64,000 bases of DNA from Marsupella aquatica (taxonomy: Eukaryota; Plantae; Marchantiophyta). This document shows, one piece after another, positions 1 to 13,269 of the stretch. Every line of letters starts with the position of its first letter. The first letter of the stretch is position 1. The stretch lies in the NCBI GenBank assembly GCA_973895155.1, contig OZ316892.1, forward strand, positions 12,712,238 to 12,776,237. Reading direction: 5' to 3'. The notes beneath the pieces are model-generated. The model saw nothing but the letters and a program-made list of their open reading frames with translations. It was not told the origin of the DNA and searched no databases. A program made the position numbers and the translations under genes.

Positions 1-134
1 GCTCTCCTCATCCAACACTTTTATCGACTAACCTTCAGTTTTCCAGCCAAATCATGTCATGCTACAGGTGTTCAAGAGACCTGCGACCTGCAAAGAGCGA
101 TTTGTTCCGAAGGTGCTAAAATGCTTCGATTCCC

Positions 135-137
<3 letters not shown>

Positions 138-175
<38 letters not shown>
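138..175. repeat. (GA)n microsatellite
   Basis: Uninterrupted GA dinucleotide run of about 38 bp. Confidence 0.95.
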
Positions 176-176
<1 letters not shown>

Positions 177-497
177 AAATATTTTGGACCGTGGAGTCCC
201 TGATAGAGATTTGTTTTTAGAGAATTTACCTGCATGCAAGTTTGCAGTTCAGTTGTAGTCAATTAAACTTCAGTGCCTGGGAGTATGGTAGGGCGGAAAT
301 CTCTTTGATCAGGAGCTCGATTGTTTTGTCACATTGAGCAGTGGCCAGTGCACATGTGCCGTTAGGAGGAGGAGCCACTGTTCTTGTTGGAGTGCCCAGG
401 TGGGCAGTGACATTAGTTCCACCACTTTGTATCTCATTTTGATACATTATTTTTGAAGTCTTGTTACGAGGTTGCCTAGTGACTGCTTTGTCTAGGT

Positions 498-870
498 TCT
501 GGTTGGTGCCACTATTTCCCCTCAAAACTTTTGCTAAAGCCCTCATTTTTCAAAGCATCATGGCCCACAATGCCCCATAATCAAGATGTTCCTATATTCA
601 TAATGAGATATACAAATCTTGGATGTGCATTCTTCTCCATAAATGCAATGAAAATAAAAAAGAGAAAAATAGCACTAGAGGCATCTGGTTGGTGCCACTA
701 TTGCCCCTCAAAACTTTTGCTAAAGCCCTCATTTTTCAGAGCAGCATGGCCCACAATGCCCCATGATCAAGATGTTCCTATATTCATAATGAGCGATCCA
801 AGCCTTGGATGTGCATTCTTCTCCACAAATGCAAAGAAAATAAGAAAGATAAAAATTACAAGAGGCATCA
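498..870. repeat. Two-copy ~186-bp tandem direct repeat, related to a dispersed repeat family
   Basis: The unit starting CTGGTTGGTGCCACTAT...CCCTCAAAACTTTTGCTAAAGCCCTCATTTTTC occurs at ~498 and ~684. Related sequence lies inverted at ~4270-4390, with weaker matches at ~52070-52120 and ~62990-63080. Confidence 0.8.
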
Positions 871-3078
871 AAATATATTAACATTCTGTTGCTCTGGGCC
901 ATAATGCCTTGAAGGCTTTAGCTGAAGTTTTGAACATAAATATAAAACCAACATATTCTAACAAAGCATGGACAATATTGAAAAATAAATATAGACCTAA
1001 AGAGGGGGGAGGGGGGGGGGGGGAGGGGGGTCTCAAACAAGAAAATTTAAAACAGTAAGAGGGGGTAAAAATAATTCCAAAGTCCAAAAATACAAAGGAT
1101 ACACTTTGTCCAGAATAAATCAAAACTGAAATACATCTCAAAAATCTCAATAAGACAAAGTAACCTGAGTAAGCTCCCTAACAAGGTAACACTTTCTTGT
1201 TGGGGTGCAAGCTTTTTATGTGTGGTGGGAAGTGCTCATAACCAGCAGTAATAACTGAGTGAGAAGAGGGAGAGACCCAAACTGGCTAGCCAAGCCTTCT
1301 CCTGTCTCTCCTGAATTTTTTTTAAAAGCCTGCCCCAACATCGGCTGCCTCTACAATGCAACACTTTTACTCCTGGGTACTCTCACTTTCTTTCTTGGCA
1401 ATAATTTTTGGCAGACCACTAGACAGGGATTCCAAAGACTATTAGCCACTTGTCTGCAACCCAAATAACCAAAGTCTATTAGCCACTTGTCTGCAACCCA
1501 AAGTAGATGGGTAGCCAACTTTCATTACTCCCTAAACCAGTAGGGAGCCACCTTGGCAATGTTTTTAAAATACAGAGAAAATAATATAAAATGTCTGGTC
1601 ATGTTCCACGACAATGGTGCCACGATTGAACGTTTGCCCCCAAATCAGCCCAACTCATTACATGCCCTGCTTTTTTAGAAGACGTGACTTCATTGATTGG
1701 CGGCCTTTAATACAATCATACGCCTTGAGTTTGACTCGACTGAAAATGACATAATTATGCAATCAACGTTAGGGAGCCCCAGTCACAAACTAACTAGTCA
1801 CAAACTAACTAGCAGAAGGATGTTCAGGGGTCGTTAGGATCCAGTTGTGAAATTGTACTATTCAGAGGAAACACATGGAGAGCACTGTGGAGTTGTGAGT
1901 ATGGACGTGTATACTGAACCTGGTAGATCGCTTGGATGTAACGGGGATGATGAGCGGTTTAGGAGCATGAACCACTGACAAGCTCTCTTTGAACTGAGGG
2001 ACAAGTTGTCGTGTTGTCGGACAGACTCGGGCAAAAGTTATGACAAGTTGACAAAAAGTGGCTCCAAAAAAGGGTCATTTGTTGCATATTCGCCAATATT
2101 CCCCAGCCGGCCCCAAACTTTCCCAACCCTCTCCCGGCCCGGTCCCGAACTTTGCTGACCCCTCCCGGCCCAGTCCCAGACTCCCCTGGTTTAGTGAGCC
2201 GGCTCCCCGGTTCGGGATTGGGGCCAGGCGGGGTCGGGCGGGTAAGGTAAGGCCAGGGTCGGGGGGTGGGGGCGGGACAGGCAGGGATAGGTCCAGGACA
2301 GGCCGGGGCTGGTCAGGGTTGGGGCGGGGTGTGGGTCGGCGGGGTGTGGGTCAGGGTTGGGGTCGGGGCCGGGACGACAGGGTGTGTCATTTGTCATTTG
2401 TTGGGGTCCAGACCCCTTATTTGTCGGACAAGTCCAAATGGGGCTGACAAGATTATAAACTTTTGGGATGAATCTGGACAAGTAGATGTCAAACTTCAGA
2501 GATCACCTAAATAAAAAATAAAAAAAATAAAAATAAAAAAAATAAAAATCTTCTCATTCGAAAATGGGAGTCTTGTGTTTGAAGGTGAGATGCCGCTTGA
2601 GTTAAATGACAGATTTCCACAGAAAATTGCTGTCCTAGCGAAGGGAAACATTGTTTTGTCACCAACCTAACTTGTTTTAATTAATTGTCGGGCTGAAATG
2701 CTGCAAATAATTTCAGTACCCAGCTGTATGTCCTACCAGCCTAGCCTAACCCCAAACCCAAACCTCTAAGTCTTGTATCGACAGAGGACCTGTTTCCTTT
2801 ACAGCTCGTTGAAGCCAGGACATCGGAAATTGGAAAGAATTGTAATTGTCCTTGTTTGTTTAGACTTATTGAGTGAACTGACAATACCGAGCGGGCGGTC
2901 GAAAAATTGCCCAAAGAAGTAAATTAAAGTTAGCTCTATCACTGCCTCCATATATAAAGAACGAGGGATCCTTCGGAGTTCGGACGTGACACACAAGCAG
3001 AGGTTATGGACGAGAGGCTCCGTCTATGCACCACTCGGTCACAAGGTTGGAGGCTGGTACACCACGAGTGAAACCAGA

Positions 3079-4210
3079 TCAGAACTGGACGCATTTTAGG
3101 AGTTCACCGGTAACTACATCCACACTAACGACTTCTGTCTTTTCACACTCTATTCCATCCTTGATTTCAACCCTTTCAAACTGGCAGCTTGGTTGAACAG
3201 GTTTACGATAGGGAGGGAGCTTCTGCAAGAGGCGAGGGACAAAATTCTGCTGCATCAGTGGAACCTCGAAGTCCACTTTCCTGTGCGCAAGTGCGTCCTC
3301 TGATGCATTTTTGTGTGCACCGGGCTCAAGATGGTTGGTTGGTAGATAAGCTGGTTTGGTTAGGGAAATTGGGATAGAGAGTCACATACCCGCGCAGGTA
3401 CTTCTTCCATGAGGCTTGCCACCCATTTGTTCTGGACCGCAGAATTTGCACTGCGTTTATCTTCGCCTCTGCAGTGTAGCGCATGCCAATGTGTTTATAT
3501 TGGTGCAAGTACGGAGTGTTTGGGTGCAACCATTTGAAATAATCCGTAGCATTCCAGTGAGGTCTCTCTTTCACAACCTCCACCGCGTACCCTTGCGGTG
3601 TAGAGAGCTATAGCATTCAGCTCAGGAATTGAAATTGATGCATCACAACGGTATGCTGGAAGAGCATATTTAAGCCACATTTAAGAAAACGGAGAAGCTT
3701 CTATATCATCTTCAAGTAATAGTCTGTAATTCATGTCACAAAGCAAGTTTACAGGTGTGTAACCTTTTCTACTAGGTGCCACCATTTACATAACCCTGAA
3801 AATGTTCTCGGTAATCTTTTTTTCGGGTAGGAATTACGTATGATATTGCCGGCTTGAGCTGGGGTTACTGTCTGAAACCTGTTCCCACAAAGCTCAGAAA
3901 AACTTCCCAGCTTTCCTCACTTTCTGGTCACAGGGTTACAAACAAGTAACCCAAGACCAAGCTGTCATTACCCTATATGTAATCATCATCTGCTGCCAGA
4001 TACCTGCTCTCACTCACAGCCCGAATGAGCCCACCGTGGATAATCCTTCGTCGAACAATTTTTTGTCCATGAGGCCAGACGAAATCACCAACTAAATCCA
4101 ACGACTGTCCATGTTAAAAGAAATGTCAACGGTATCACCCAGGTAGTGAGCATTGGTCATGTTCAGTAACCATAGCAAAGATTAAGATTGTGGACTTCTC
4201 TGGGTAATCT
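3079..4210 (-). pseudogene. Unprocessed pseudogene fragment of an At5g60700-like plant glycosyltransferase (annotated GT family 2), 3' half only
   Basis: Two exon remnants (~4210-3972 and 3723-3079) are separated by a GT-AG intron. Across frame changes they translate to NAHYLGDTVDISFNMDS, WPHGQKIVRRRIIHGGLIRAVSES, LLLEDDIEASP, WLKYAL, EVVKERPHWNATDYFKWLHPNTPYLHQ, RTNGWQASWKK, YLRGYVTLYPNFPNQTSLSTN, HLEPGAH, DFEVPL, NLFNQAASLKGLK and KCVQF*. These motifs are collinear with the recalled plant family. Stops, frameshifts and internal deletions are present. Confidence 0.85.
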
Positions 4211-4414
4211 TAGTATATAATTGCAAACAGAAGCTATTCCTAAGGGCTATTCATAGGGTAATGCCACTGTATACTAAGGTATTGTTAACAGGGTATTGTG
4301 GACCATACTGCCCCCCTAAACAAGTGCTTTAGCTTGAGTTTTGAGGGGCTATTGTTGGCAACAATGCACTCGTAACAGGGCATTGATGTATTATGGAGAG
4401 CCTTAGTTCTAGCT

Positions 4415-5130
4415 ATTTACATTTCCTTAGTACTTGACTAGGTGAGGCATGTTAGGCTCTATGGAAAGGTATGTCTAGAACATTTTCAACATATTTCATG
4501 TTTAAGCACGAAATGTTTCATTGAGAAATGAATAAGAAATTCAAAATACTTTTTAGCGGAGGACGTTGCTTAACTTTTCAGGAAGGGCGAGGTGACCCAA
4601 AAATACGCAGGCTCTCTTTGATACTTGAAGAAATTTAAATTAATTTACATTCCGTTAGTACTTGACAAGTTCAGGCAATGTAAGAGTCAATGGAAAGTTA
4701 TGTCTACAACATTTTCAACATATTTCATGTTTAATTACCAAAGGTTTCATTGACGGATGAGTACGAAATTCAAAATACTTTTTTTGCAGATATTGCTAAA
4801 CTTTCCAGGAAGGGCAAGGTGATGGACAAATAAGCGGGCTTTTTGATACTTCAAGAAATCTAAGCAATGGTAGGGTCATTAAAAGAATCTTTCAAAAACT
4901 TTTCAAAGTATTTTAGGCATGAAAAGCTTTTGTCAAGATATGAGCAAGAAATTTAAAATTGGGACATAACTAGACTTTTATGGACAGGTAGAACAATTCT
5001 TAAATTCGTGAGCTCTTCATACCTCACAAAATCTGCCATTGTTAGGCTCATAGAAATTTTTAAATAGTTCTTTGTTGGCACCATAGCTAGACTTTCAAGG
5101 AATGGCATAACATTTTCAAATATGTGGATC
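4415..5130. repeat. Degenerate tandem array of ~225-bp AT-rich units, probably transposon-derived
   Basis: The motif series TTAGTACTTGAC...ATGGAAAG..ATGTCTA.AACATTTTCAACATATTTCATGTTTAA...GAAATTCAAAATACTTTTT...CAGGAAGGGC recurs at ~4415 and ~4642, with more degenerate partial copies after ~4860. Confidence 0.7.
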
Positions 5131-6598
5131 TCTAAGTCGTGGGGTTCCTTTCAATGCGACTATGTTGGCGTCATTGGAAAGCTGGATCCCTTATTATGGA
5201 CTAGGTACTTAACACATTGAGGGCAGATGTGTCTTCCAGTAGCTCTCCCCAAAACTGTGGATTTCGGTGTGCTGTTTGTATGCTGTTGGGACTCCATTCA
5301 TAATAATTGTCAGTCTTCCAATAGCTCTCTCCCTCATCTTTGGCATCGATAGACTTTAATGTGAACTGTTTGGACTTCATTCATACAAAATGTATATACC
5401 AAGGGAAATAAATGGGATTTTTCTGGACGAATCTAACTGATAGTCTTCAGTATATGACAAGCTTCTACAAGCTTTCACGGTGGAAAGCTGATCAATCCCT
5501 ACAAAGTAATTAAACACTGGTGAGCAAAATTGGGGAGGGGGGAGACTGCTCAGAGACCTGTGGTCGCTGCTCAACTGTCCTTCGGATGGAGGGAGAAGAA
5601 AGGCTAGCAGAGATTGGAGGATACTAGTGTGCCTTTGTCTTCGATTGGAGTTTGAAGGAAGCCGATGGAAGAAAAGTGCACATGGGTTCAGCCCAATCTA
5701 GCATTGTTGCACCTGAATAACTCTACATCCTAGAGACAAGAACCAAGCATAAGATGCACATGACATAACACGAAGGTTAAGTGCTTGACACGCCTGGTAC
5801 AACCACATAATCAAAATCTCTATGACACGAAAGGAACACCCGTTACACTCCACCAAGGATATAGAAGAATGAGACGTACAGAAGGTGCATCCTTACTCGT
5901 ACAAAGAATTGGACATAAAGGAACCTGGGATTTTCGAGGAGAGGAGAACGACAGTCACTATACAAGTATAAACTTAGTTTAGGAAAGGAACTGAACGGAA
6001 CGTAAATACTCGAAGCAGAAGATGCTCCAAAAGAATTTTCTTTCACACCCTCCAGTCTCAACATAATGACTACAGCCTCCTAACAGAAGTTTCCCTCGCC
6101 CAGAACCTATAGTCGGGTGACTACAATGGGCATGACGTGGATCTCACCAACTAGATGGGAGATACAAACAGTAACCCCGCAAATGTCACAAGTACCCCCT
6201 AAGAGTGGGTTTTGATGAGAGAACGAATTTTACTACCAAAAGGAAAAGATTACGGTCAAACTTATCGAATCTCCTCCTGTAATCCGGATCTACCTGCAAC
6301 GTTCAGATGAAACGTCGTACAACTTAACACGCTGAAACCGAACAGCACCGGGCCACCTTCCAGTCCCAAGATTTACTACACTGGAAGATTAAAGACATCT
6401 CTAACTGGTGGATTTGAGCTTACTGAAGACGCATATGTACCTTCTGTAACACCTGAAGGGAAATCTTCAACATAGACAAGCAAAACTTGTACCACGCTTT
6501 TGATTGAAACCCAGAACAAATATTGCTCTACCGGAGAATCTGCTTGCGACGAAGCTGTGGTGGGTTAGAGTGATCAGAGTTCAAGCGATCTTTTGAAG

Positions 6599-9500
6599 TT
6601 AACCAAGGAGGTCTTTGAACAAATTTGAAGCAGGGGTCCCCTCCGCTGCCTTGTGAGCCGTCAAATGTGATGTCAGTGATCCATCAAGTCCCTGGCTCTT
6701 TGCAGCCACTGCAGGTTGAAGATGCCCATGGGGAATTCCTGCTAGGTCCATTAATCCAGGCAATCCATTAATATCCTCTAGACCGGATAGGGGAACTGCT
6801 GAAACGCCATTGCCTACATTTCTATCACCACTAGTTGAAATGCCTGGATCAGAAGTTCTTTGAGGATCTAGAAGTCCTTCTAGAAGTTTGAACGGGTCAC
6901 TGGCAGGCGCAGCTATACTTGGATTCTCATCAGAGAAATCAAGGAGATCTGGCGGAGGTGGCAAAACTTTGGTACTAGAGACACCAGGACTCCTGTTATC
7001 AGTCTTCTCTCTTGCTAAAGACTGGTCCTTATCACCTCCTCGCGATGTGTGGCCCCTAGGCCCATTTCTTGGCAGCCTTCCTCCACTTCCTGTACTGCCA
7101 GAATTTCTATCCATTGTAGATCCTTGAGAACCTCCAAAAAGTGAGGCAGCAAGTTTCGTCTTTGCGGAAGAAACTTCACGCTGCTTTTTCGCAATAGAAC
7201 TCCCACTTTCGGAAGTTACAGTACCATCCCCGTCATAAGAACCAACCCTATCACTACTTGATGACCGAGTCCTGGACATGTCGTTGTCAGAAGTAGAAGT
7301 AGAAGATGGACGTGGGCTCACTGTTTGTCGTCCCCATTTCCTCTGCACACCATCCAATCTCAGGCGCGTGCTTTCTGGATTAATCAAATCAATCTCTGGT
7401 GCAACAGATATAGAATGTGAGGTGGAAGGTTTGACGCTCCTGAGATGCGACTGAACATCTTCAAACTCAGAGATGGTTGATGGAGTCAGCTGGTTCGAAA
7501 TTATTGCCGAAGGTGGAACTCGCACCACAGGTTTTTCATAGGCCTCAAACTTCAAGGAAGAAGGGTGTGGTCCATTTTCGACTTGGATGCTCACTAGAGA
7601 TCCAATACCACCAGCATCCCGCCCATTTTCGGGAATATACGGCATCGCTCCATTAGCTAACGCAGTGTCGACAACACCCAATAGAAACGTGAGACTTTTG
7701 TCAACCTGCGTAACCAATATCAAAATCAGTACTCTTGAAATCAGATGCATTCACATCTGGGGTTCCTCCCTCTGCTCCACTCTTCAATGTCATTCGAACT
7801 CAATTTCACGAGGAATCCGAGCAGATTCATGAAGGACGAATTGCTGTAACAGTCACAAACATTTCTCTACTACATCTGTCACTTTAACACTCGAGAGAGA
7901 CAAGGCCAACCGTTGTACCTCGATATCTTCACAACTTGCATCTACAGGCAGCACATTACTAATCACATCTGCACTAAGGGCGAGGAACGCTTGTAGTTCA
8001 TAGGTACGTTGCTGTAGATCTGTTGAATGAGATGCCGCAAGCTCATCAATCACAGCACGACACTGGTACCAGCCAGACAATCTACTGTCAGAATATCAAT
8101 CAAAAAATGGCAACCAAACCGACGAATATAATCCATTACCCAAAAATCAAGACGACATTCAGCCCCTGTGCAAACAAGGAACAGGGACAATTTCTATATT
8201 CAGAACAAAGACCAGGCTATCTCCGTCAATACCAGATACCCTTCGTCCGCCATAGATTGATGAGTCTCAATCCTCTAAACTGGGCCCAAGTACGACAGAA
8301 TCTACTATCGTGCAGTCCAATTTCAGTCATTCAGTTTCCTTTCATTGGAGGATCCAGGTTTTGACATACCCCAGGGTGGAGGTGGACTTTTCTCCCAGCA
8401 GATATTTCAAATGCGCAGATTTTGGTAATGGCAGTAACAGCGTAACCCTGCCAAAAAGAAACAAAATTCACAACTCAACTATAATACTATAAAATTTAGC
8501 TAACAACTACAGTATTTAGGAGCTGCGAACGAGTCATCTAAAAATCAACCAGACTCAAAAACTAGCAATCGAGAAATCCACAGAGAATCGAAGAGAATTT
8601 CGTAACCGTCAAGACAGCTCTAATGACAGACAAGTAAATTGTGTTGAGGATACATGAGCCGGTGAGCTAAAGATTGGCTGAGGTACCTTCACTACATCAT
8701 CCCCAGGATGTGCTTCAATGACATCACAAAGCTTGCCAATTATATCAATAGCAGATTGACTACCATCGGCTGTACTGTACTCTCCCAAAACCCAGCAGAT
8801 AACCTGCACATTGGAATTCATCCCTCTTCAATTGTGATCTTTTGAAGCATAAGGAGTTTGCCACATTTGAGTCGGCTATTACTATGCTTACATAAGTTGT
8901 GTACAAGATCTGCGGATTGACAGCCTTAGAAGAGCTCCAAAGGGTTGACAATTTTTTTTTGAGAGGTAATCTTGCCATACCTGCAACAAGATAGAAGGTA
9001 GTTTTGGCTCGGCAAGAAGTTGGAGGTATGAAACAACCTGCGGACGACGACATCTTAATATAAAGGAGGGAACCAATCTCATTGGATCTGACACACAAAG
9101 AGAACCAAGAAACTGCAGCTCTTTGACTCAATTTCAAAACATTATTTCATTTTCTATCGCTAAATCAATCCCAGCCATTTCAGTGTAGACAACTAAACAG
9201 TTATAACCTATCCGGTAAACCCTTCACAACATACTTCCGGGATTCTTTCTGACCTGGACTTGGGGATGCCCTTCTCTCTAAATATTTACTTTTCATCATC
9301 AGAACTTGAAATCACACAAAAATCAATTTAGAGTTCTATTTGAGAAAGAGAGTGTACTGCTGAGGATCGCAGCTGACTATCTGCATCTTCATCTTCTTCT
9401 CCAGCACCCTCTGCAATTAGACGCATAAGATCATGGGCAACCTTTGCTGGAACCAAATCTCCCGCAAGCTCAAACACTTGATTCATGGTCTGATTAATCA

Positions 9501-12500
9501 AGGACAACATCAATGATCAGAAGTGCGGCTTGCCTGCTTGCATATACTCAGAAAAATGGCAATAATTCATCACCACTATCCAATTCAGGACTATTGTCCG
9601 AGACACTGATAATCTATGACTATCCAGCCGATTAATCTAGAACTGTTCGTCAGAAAAAGTAAAATAGAAACAAACCCACCTGGATGAACCATTGGTTACT
9701 TGGGGCAAAGCGCTCTGCTAACTCCACGATGCGAGATGCAATCTCTGTCTTACTATGAGAGTCGTTAATGGTGGTCCGCATATATGAAATCATGCACTTG
9801 ACAATTACTTCCACATTCGTCGATCTCGTCATTTTATAAAGAAGATCAAGTGTCTTCCGTTTCAGAGTGTCATCTGGATCCTACAAAGAAGAAAAATACC
9901 AACAACTTCTAAATGAATGCATGATATTGGCCACCTATCTAAAAAACATCTTTTAGAAAGACGTTGACCGTTCATGCCCACATATATCTGTGGAACCAGT
10001 TATGATAACATTTTTCTCGAGTTATGTTTTCGATTTAACTTCTTCCTGCGCTCATTCTACGTGTATTATCTTCTCCTTAGGTTTATCAGCTGAAACAATC
10101 TTGCATCTTATGTGCTGGGTACGTGCTGACTTCTTACTCTCTTTACACAATCCTCGTTGTAATATTCGCAACACTTCTGGCACACATGCTACCATTGACT
10201 ATAAGTCCTCTGGAGTCCTTGACCTATCGAATAGATTCAGTCAAACTCCTAGCAATTTTAGACACAACAAGGTTACGTTCGATCTGTTATGCAAGAACCC
10301 GAAGAGTAGCACTTTGTTAGGTCATATTTGCAGATAAAGAAAGTGTACCTCAAGACAATCAATAACAGCGATTTGATGCTCCTCCGCAAAATCGGGATTG
10401 ATTTTTATGATTCTTCCCAAAGAATCAATGCCCATATACTTCAGATTATGATTCTCATGCTGCTCCAACAATCAAGCAATGTGGTTAGTGAAAAACCGAA
10501 AAAATTCAGGATTCAACCCATCCGTCTGTAACAACGACTTAAGTAATTTCTTTGCTATATTACCATCTCAATCAGGTAGCAATTCGGACCCACGAAAACA
10601 TGATGTTTAGGAACCAACAACTACGCTTTGGTTGCAATCTTATGTTTCAATGTAAAAGTACACCTTCAGAAACCTGGAGGTAATTTCAGCAACGTCCCCG
10701 ATTAACTTTGTATGTGGATGAACGGATGTGATGGTGCGTATACATTCATAAAGAATGGCATTTCCAATATTTGAGAGATTATCCGCTTTCCTAAGCACAT
10801 CGCCGAGCACACCATACATAAGCTCACTTGTCGATTTGTCCCCATCACCAAGCTTGGCCAGTATTTTAAGGACTTTTATCTGCAGATAATCACCATCAAT
10901 GGACTAAGTATCAAAGAAAAGAATCGGCAACCTAATTCTAAGATTCATCTGAACCCTCCCAGGAGGTAAGCTCGCAACTGGCAACGAAACAGTTAGCTTC
11001 CAAATAATAGAAACCCTCCTATTGAGCTATTTAGATCAAGAGCTTCGAAGGAAACCTTGGTAACCACATGAATAGAAAGACAGCAATTTACAAAAATATT
11101 TTGAACACTAATACATGGCAAATTATGGATTTCTCCTTCATTTGTAGATTCTTGATTGCTCTGTTTGATGTCGTGCATCCAGGGACAGTCGGCTTTGGAC
11201 AATCTATGATCCACATTCCAATCCCTTGTAGGTTTATAATAAGCAGCCTTCGCAGTTTTTCCTGGTGTGCTGTGTTCCAAGAATTCTACTGACTCTACTA
11301 AATTACCTGAATGAAAGGAGCAGGAGTTCTGTGGTAGTCATATGGCTTTGGAAGCCTATGCTCCGCCACGGTCTTCAAGATGTTGACGAATTTAGAAGTC
11401 ATTGCTTTGTAAGGTCTGGGATCTGTAATAATGATGTCATACAATGCACACAGCGCAGCACTAATGACACTTGGATCTGTGTCATCAACAGCCTGCCGTA
11501 ACAAGAAAGTCAAAAATAGTGAGAAAACCCCATCTGTGACAGGTCACATAAGGGCTCAGTCAGATAAAGGTAAAATGAACAATCATGTGGTAGAGGCTCC
11601 TACTTAAACGAGACGAAAAACCTTGATACATTGACCTGTAATACATGACGGCCTAAATTTATCTGATGTAGCACACCGAATACACTTGGCCATGCAAAAA
11701 AATTAAAACCTCCCAGCAATGGGAAAATGAAATTCTACACGATCATGGATGTGACGTGGTATGAGTTGGACTGGGTAAGGAGTGTGGTACGGCACGAAAA
11801 GAGGTGGTACATGAAAATTTGAATATCGTTCCCAGAAAATTCTATGTCTAAAATTTCCATTGAATAGCAGCTAACCATACAAACAAGCTCGCAGACCTGC
11901 TTGGCTCGTGATATCGTTGGTCATATTATTTCGAAATGTTGGGTCAAAAAGGTTAGTCGACCACGAAAGCTCAGAAACGAAGCGTACCTTTTGAATCCTT
12001 GGCAACAGATGTGCGACAGTATGGGGTGCTCGTTGATAAAATCTGTGCAATGCCATGACTGCCTTTTTTTTCACGAGCTCCTTGGGATGCGAGAGCAAAT
12101 CCACAACTTGAGGTAGGACGGCCGGAATTGTCTCTTCGTTAATAAGCTTACAAACTGCTGTAAGAGCAGCGCATGCTACCAGATAGTTGTCTGATCGTAG
12201 ATCTTTTTGGATGGTATTTACAATCAGGATAATGAGATCGTGGTCCTCATTCAAAAAGAGGGTCACTGCCAGGTAGCCGCTCTTTTTCAACAAAAGGTTG
12301 TCATCATGAGTCATTTTCACTGCATGTATGTAGCCAAACGACGCATCGTGACCAAGCATTTCCACGTACACAAGCCGGATGATGTATTCTTTCATCTTCT
12401 TGCGTGGTACATCTGGGGATGCGATCTTCTTCTTCAGAGTTTCTATCTCAGCAGTGACAATTCTCTCCTCTTCAGCTTTGGATTTCGCCTCGCCGATTGC

Positions 12501-12590
12501 CTTCACAACATCCAGAAACTCCTTCGAGGCTCCCCATGCCACCTGGGAACCCATCGCGAGCTCCCGGCCAATCGTCTTTAACTGCTCCAG
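6599..12590 (-). CDS. AP4E: AP-4 adaptor complex subunit epsilon (~983 aa if CUG-initiated at 12590; first in-frame AUG at 12554)
   Basis: Eleven GT-AG-bounded exons join in frame: 12590-11988, 11492-11307, 10879-10664, 10459-10349, 9880-9680, 9489-9358, 9037-8981, 8803-8687, 8447-8370, 8062-7919 and 7705-6599. Motifs include the Adaptin_N start SKEFLDVVKAIGEAKSKAEEERIV...VEMLGHDASFGYIHAVKMTHDD, DPDDTLKRKTLDLL, AERFAPSNQWFIQ, LRLDGVQRKWG and the plant C-terminus NLFKDLLG*. Confidence 0.95.
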
Positions 12591-13269
12591 CGTGACTGCG
12601 TGTATGTCCTCTAGTCTCGTCCGGTCCGGCCTCACAAAGGCCGATCCTCGTTTCTCCCGGTGATTCCCTAGCAAATCGAGAGCTCTCCCACAAAAAACTC
12701 CTGTCCGTCGGCAGAAGATCGGTCACAGGGAGATGGAGGGCGAGCGAGTGTCTCTCCGCAACCCTAAACGACGAAACCATCAACGCTTTACACACAGTCT
12801 GCTGATGTACTCCGACAGGAATTCCATGATGATGGAAATCTGCAAGCCAAGATGCGCACATTTCATGGAGCACAAAACATCCTCTAACAAAGCATCCGTC
12901 CGCCAGATCTGTCATAAGCTCTGCATCTGCTCATACACATCACAGTCCCGGAGCGGGCGACTCATCCGCATCTAATCGAAGCAAACCACTCGCAGCTGCA
13001 CGCACCACGAAGGAGTTTGGGAGCAAGAAGGACGTAATTATGCGAGCTCCGCGAACTTGGCCTGCAAGCACCTCCTGTCCACCATAGACCTCGTAGATTG
13101 ACGCAGCTTCAGACTGAATGACTGATGACGAAAGTACTGTGGCGTAATGAGTGCGATGACACCGAGTGAAGGAAGAGGTGTTCTGCGTTCAATCGCCCCC
13201 GAGCGTACTATTAATAAGGGGGCTTTACAAGAACTTGGGAGCACATATAGCCCCTTATTTTTTTTTATA

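Noticed and set aside
531-881. 116-aa ORF with an internal repeat
   Set aside because: It is a by-product of the 186-bp (multiple of 3) tandem duplication and has no recognisable domain.
2058-2514. Overlapping Gly/Arg/Pro-rich ORFs
   Set aside because: They are explained by GC-skewed low-complexity sequence that lacks stop codons.
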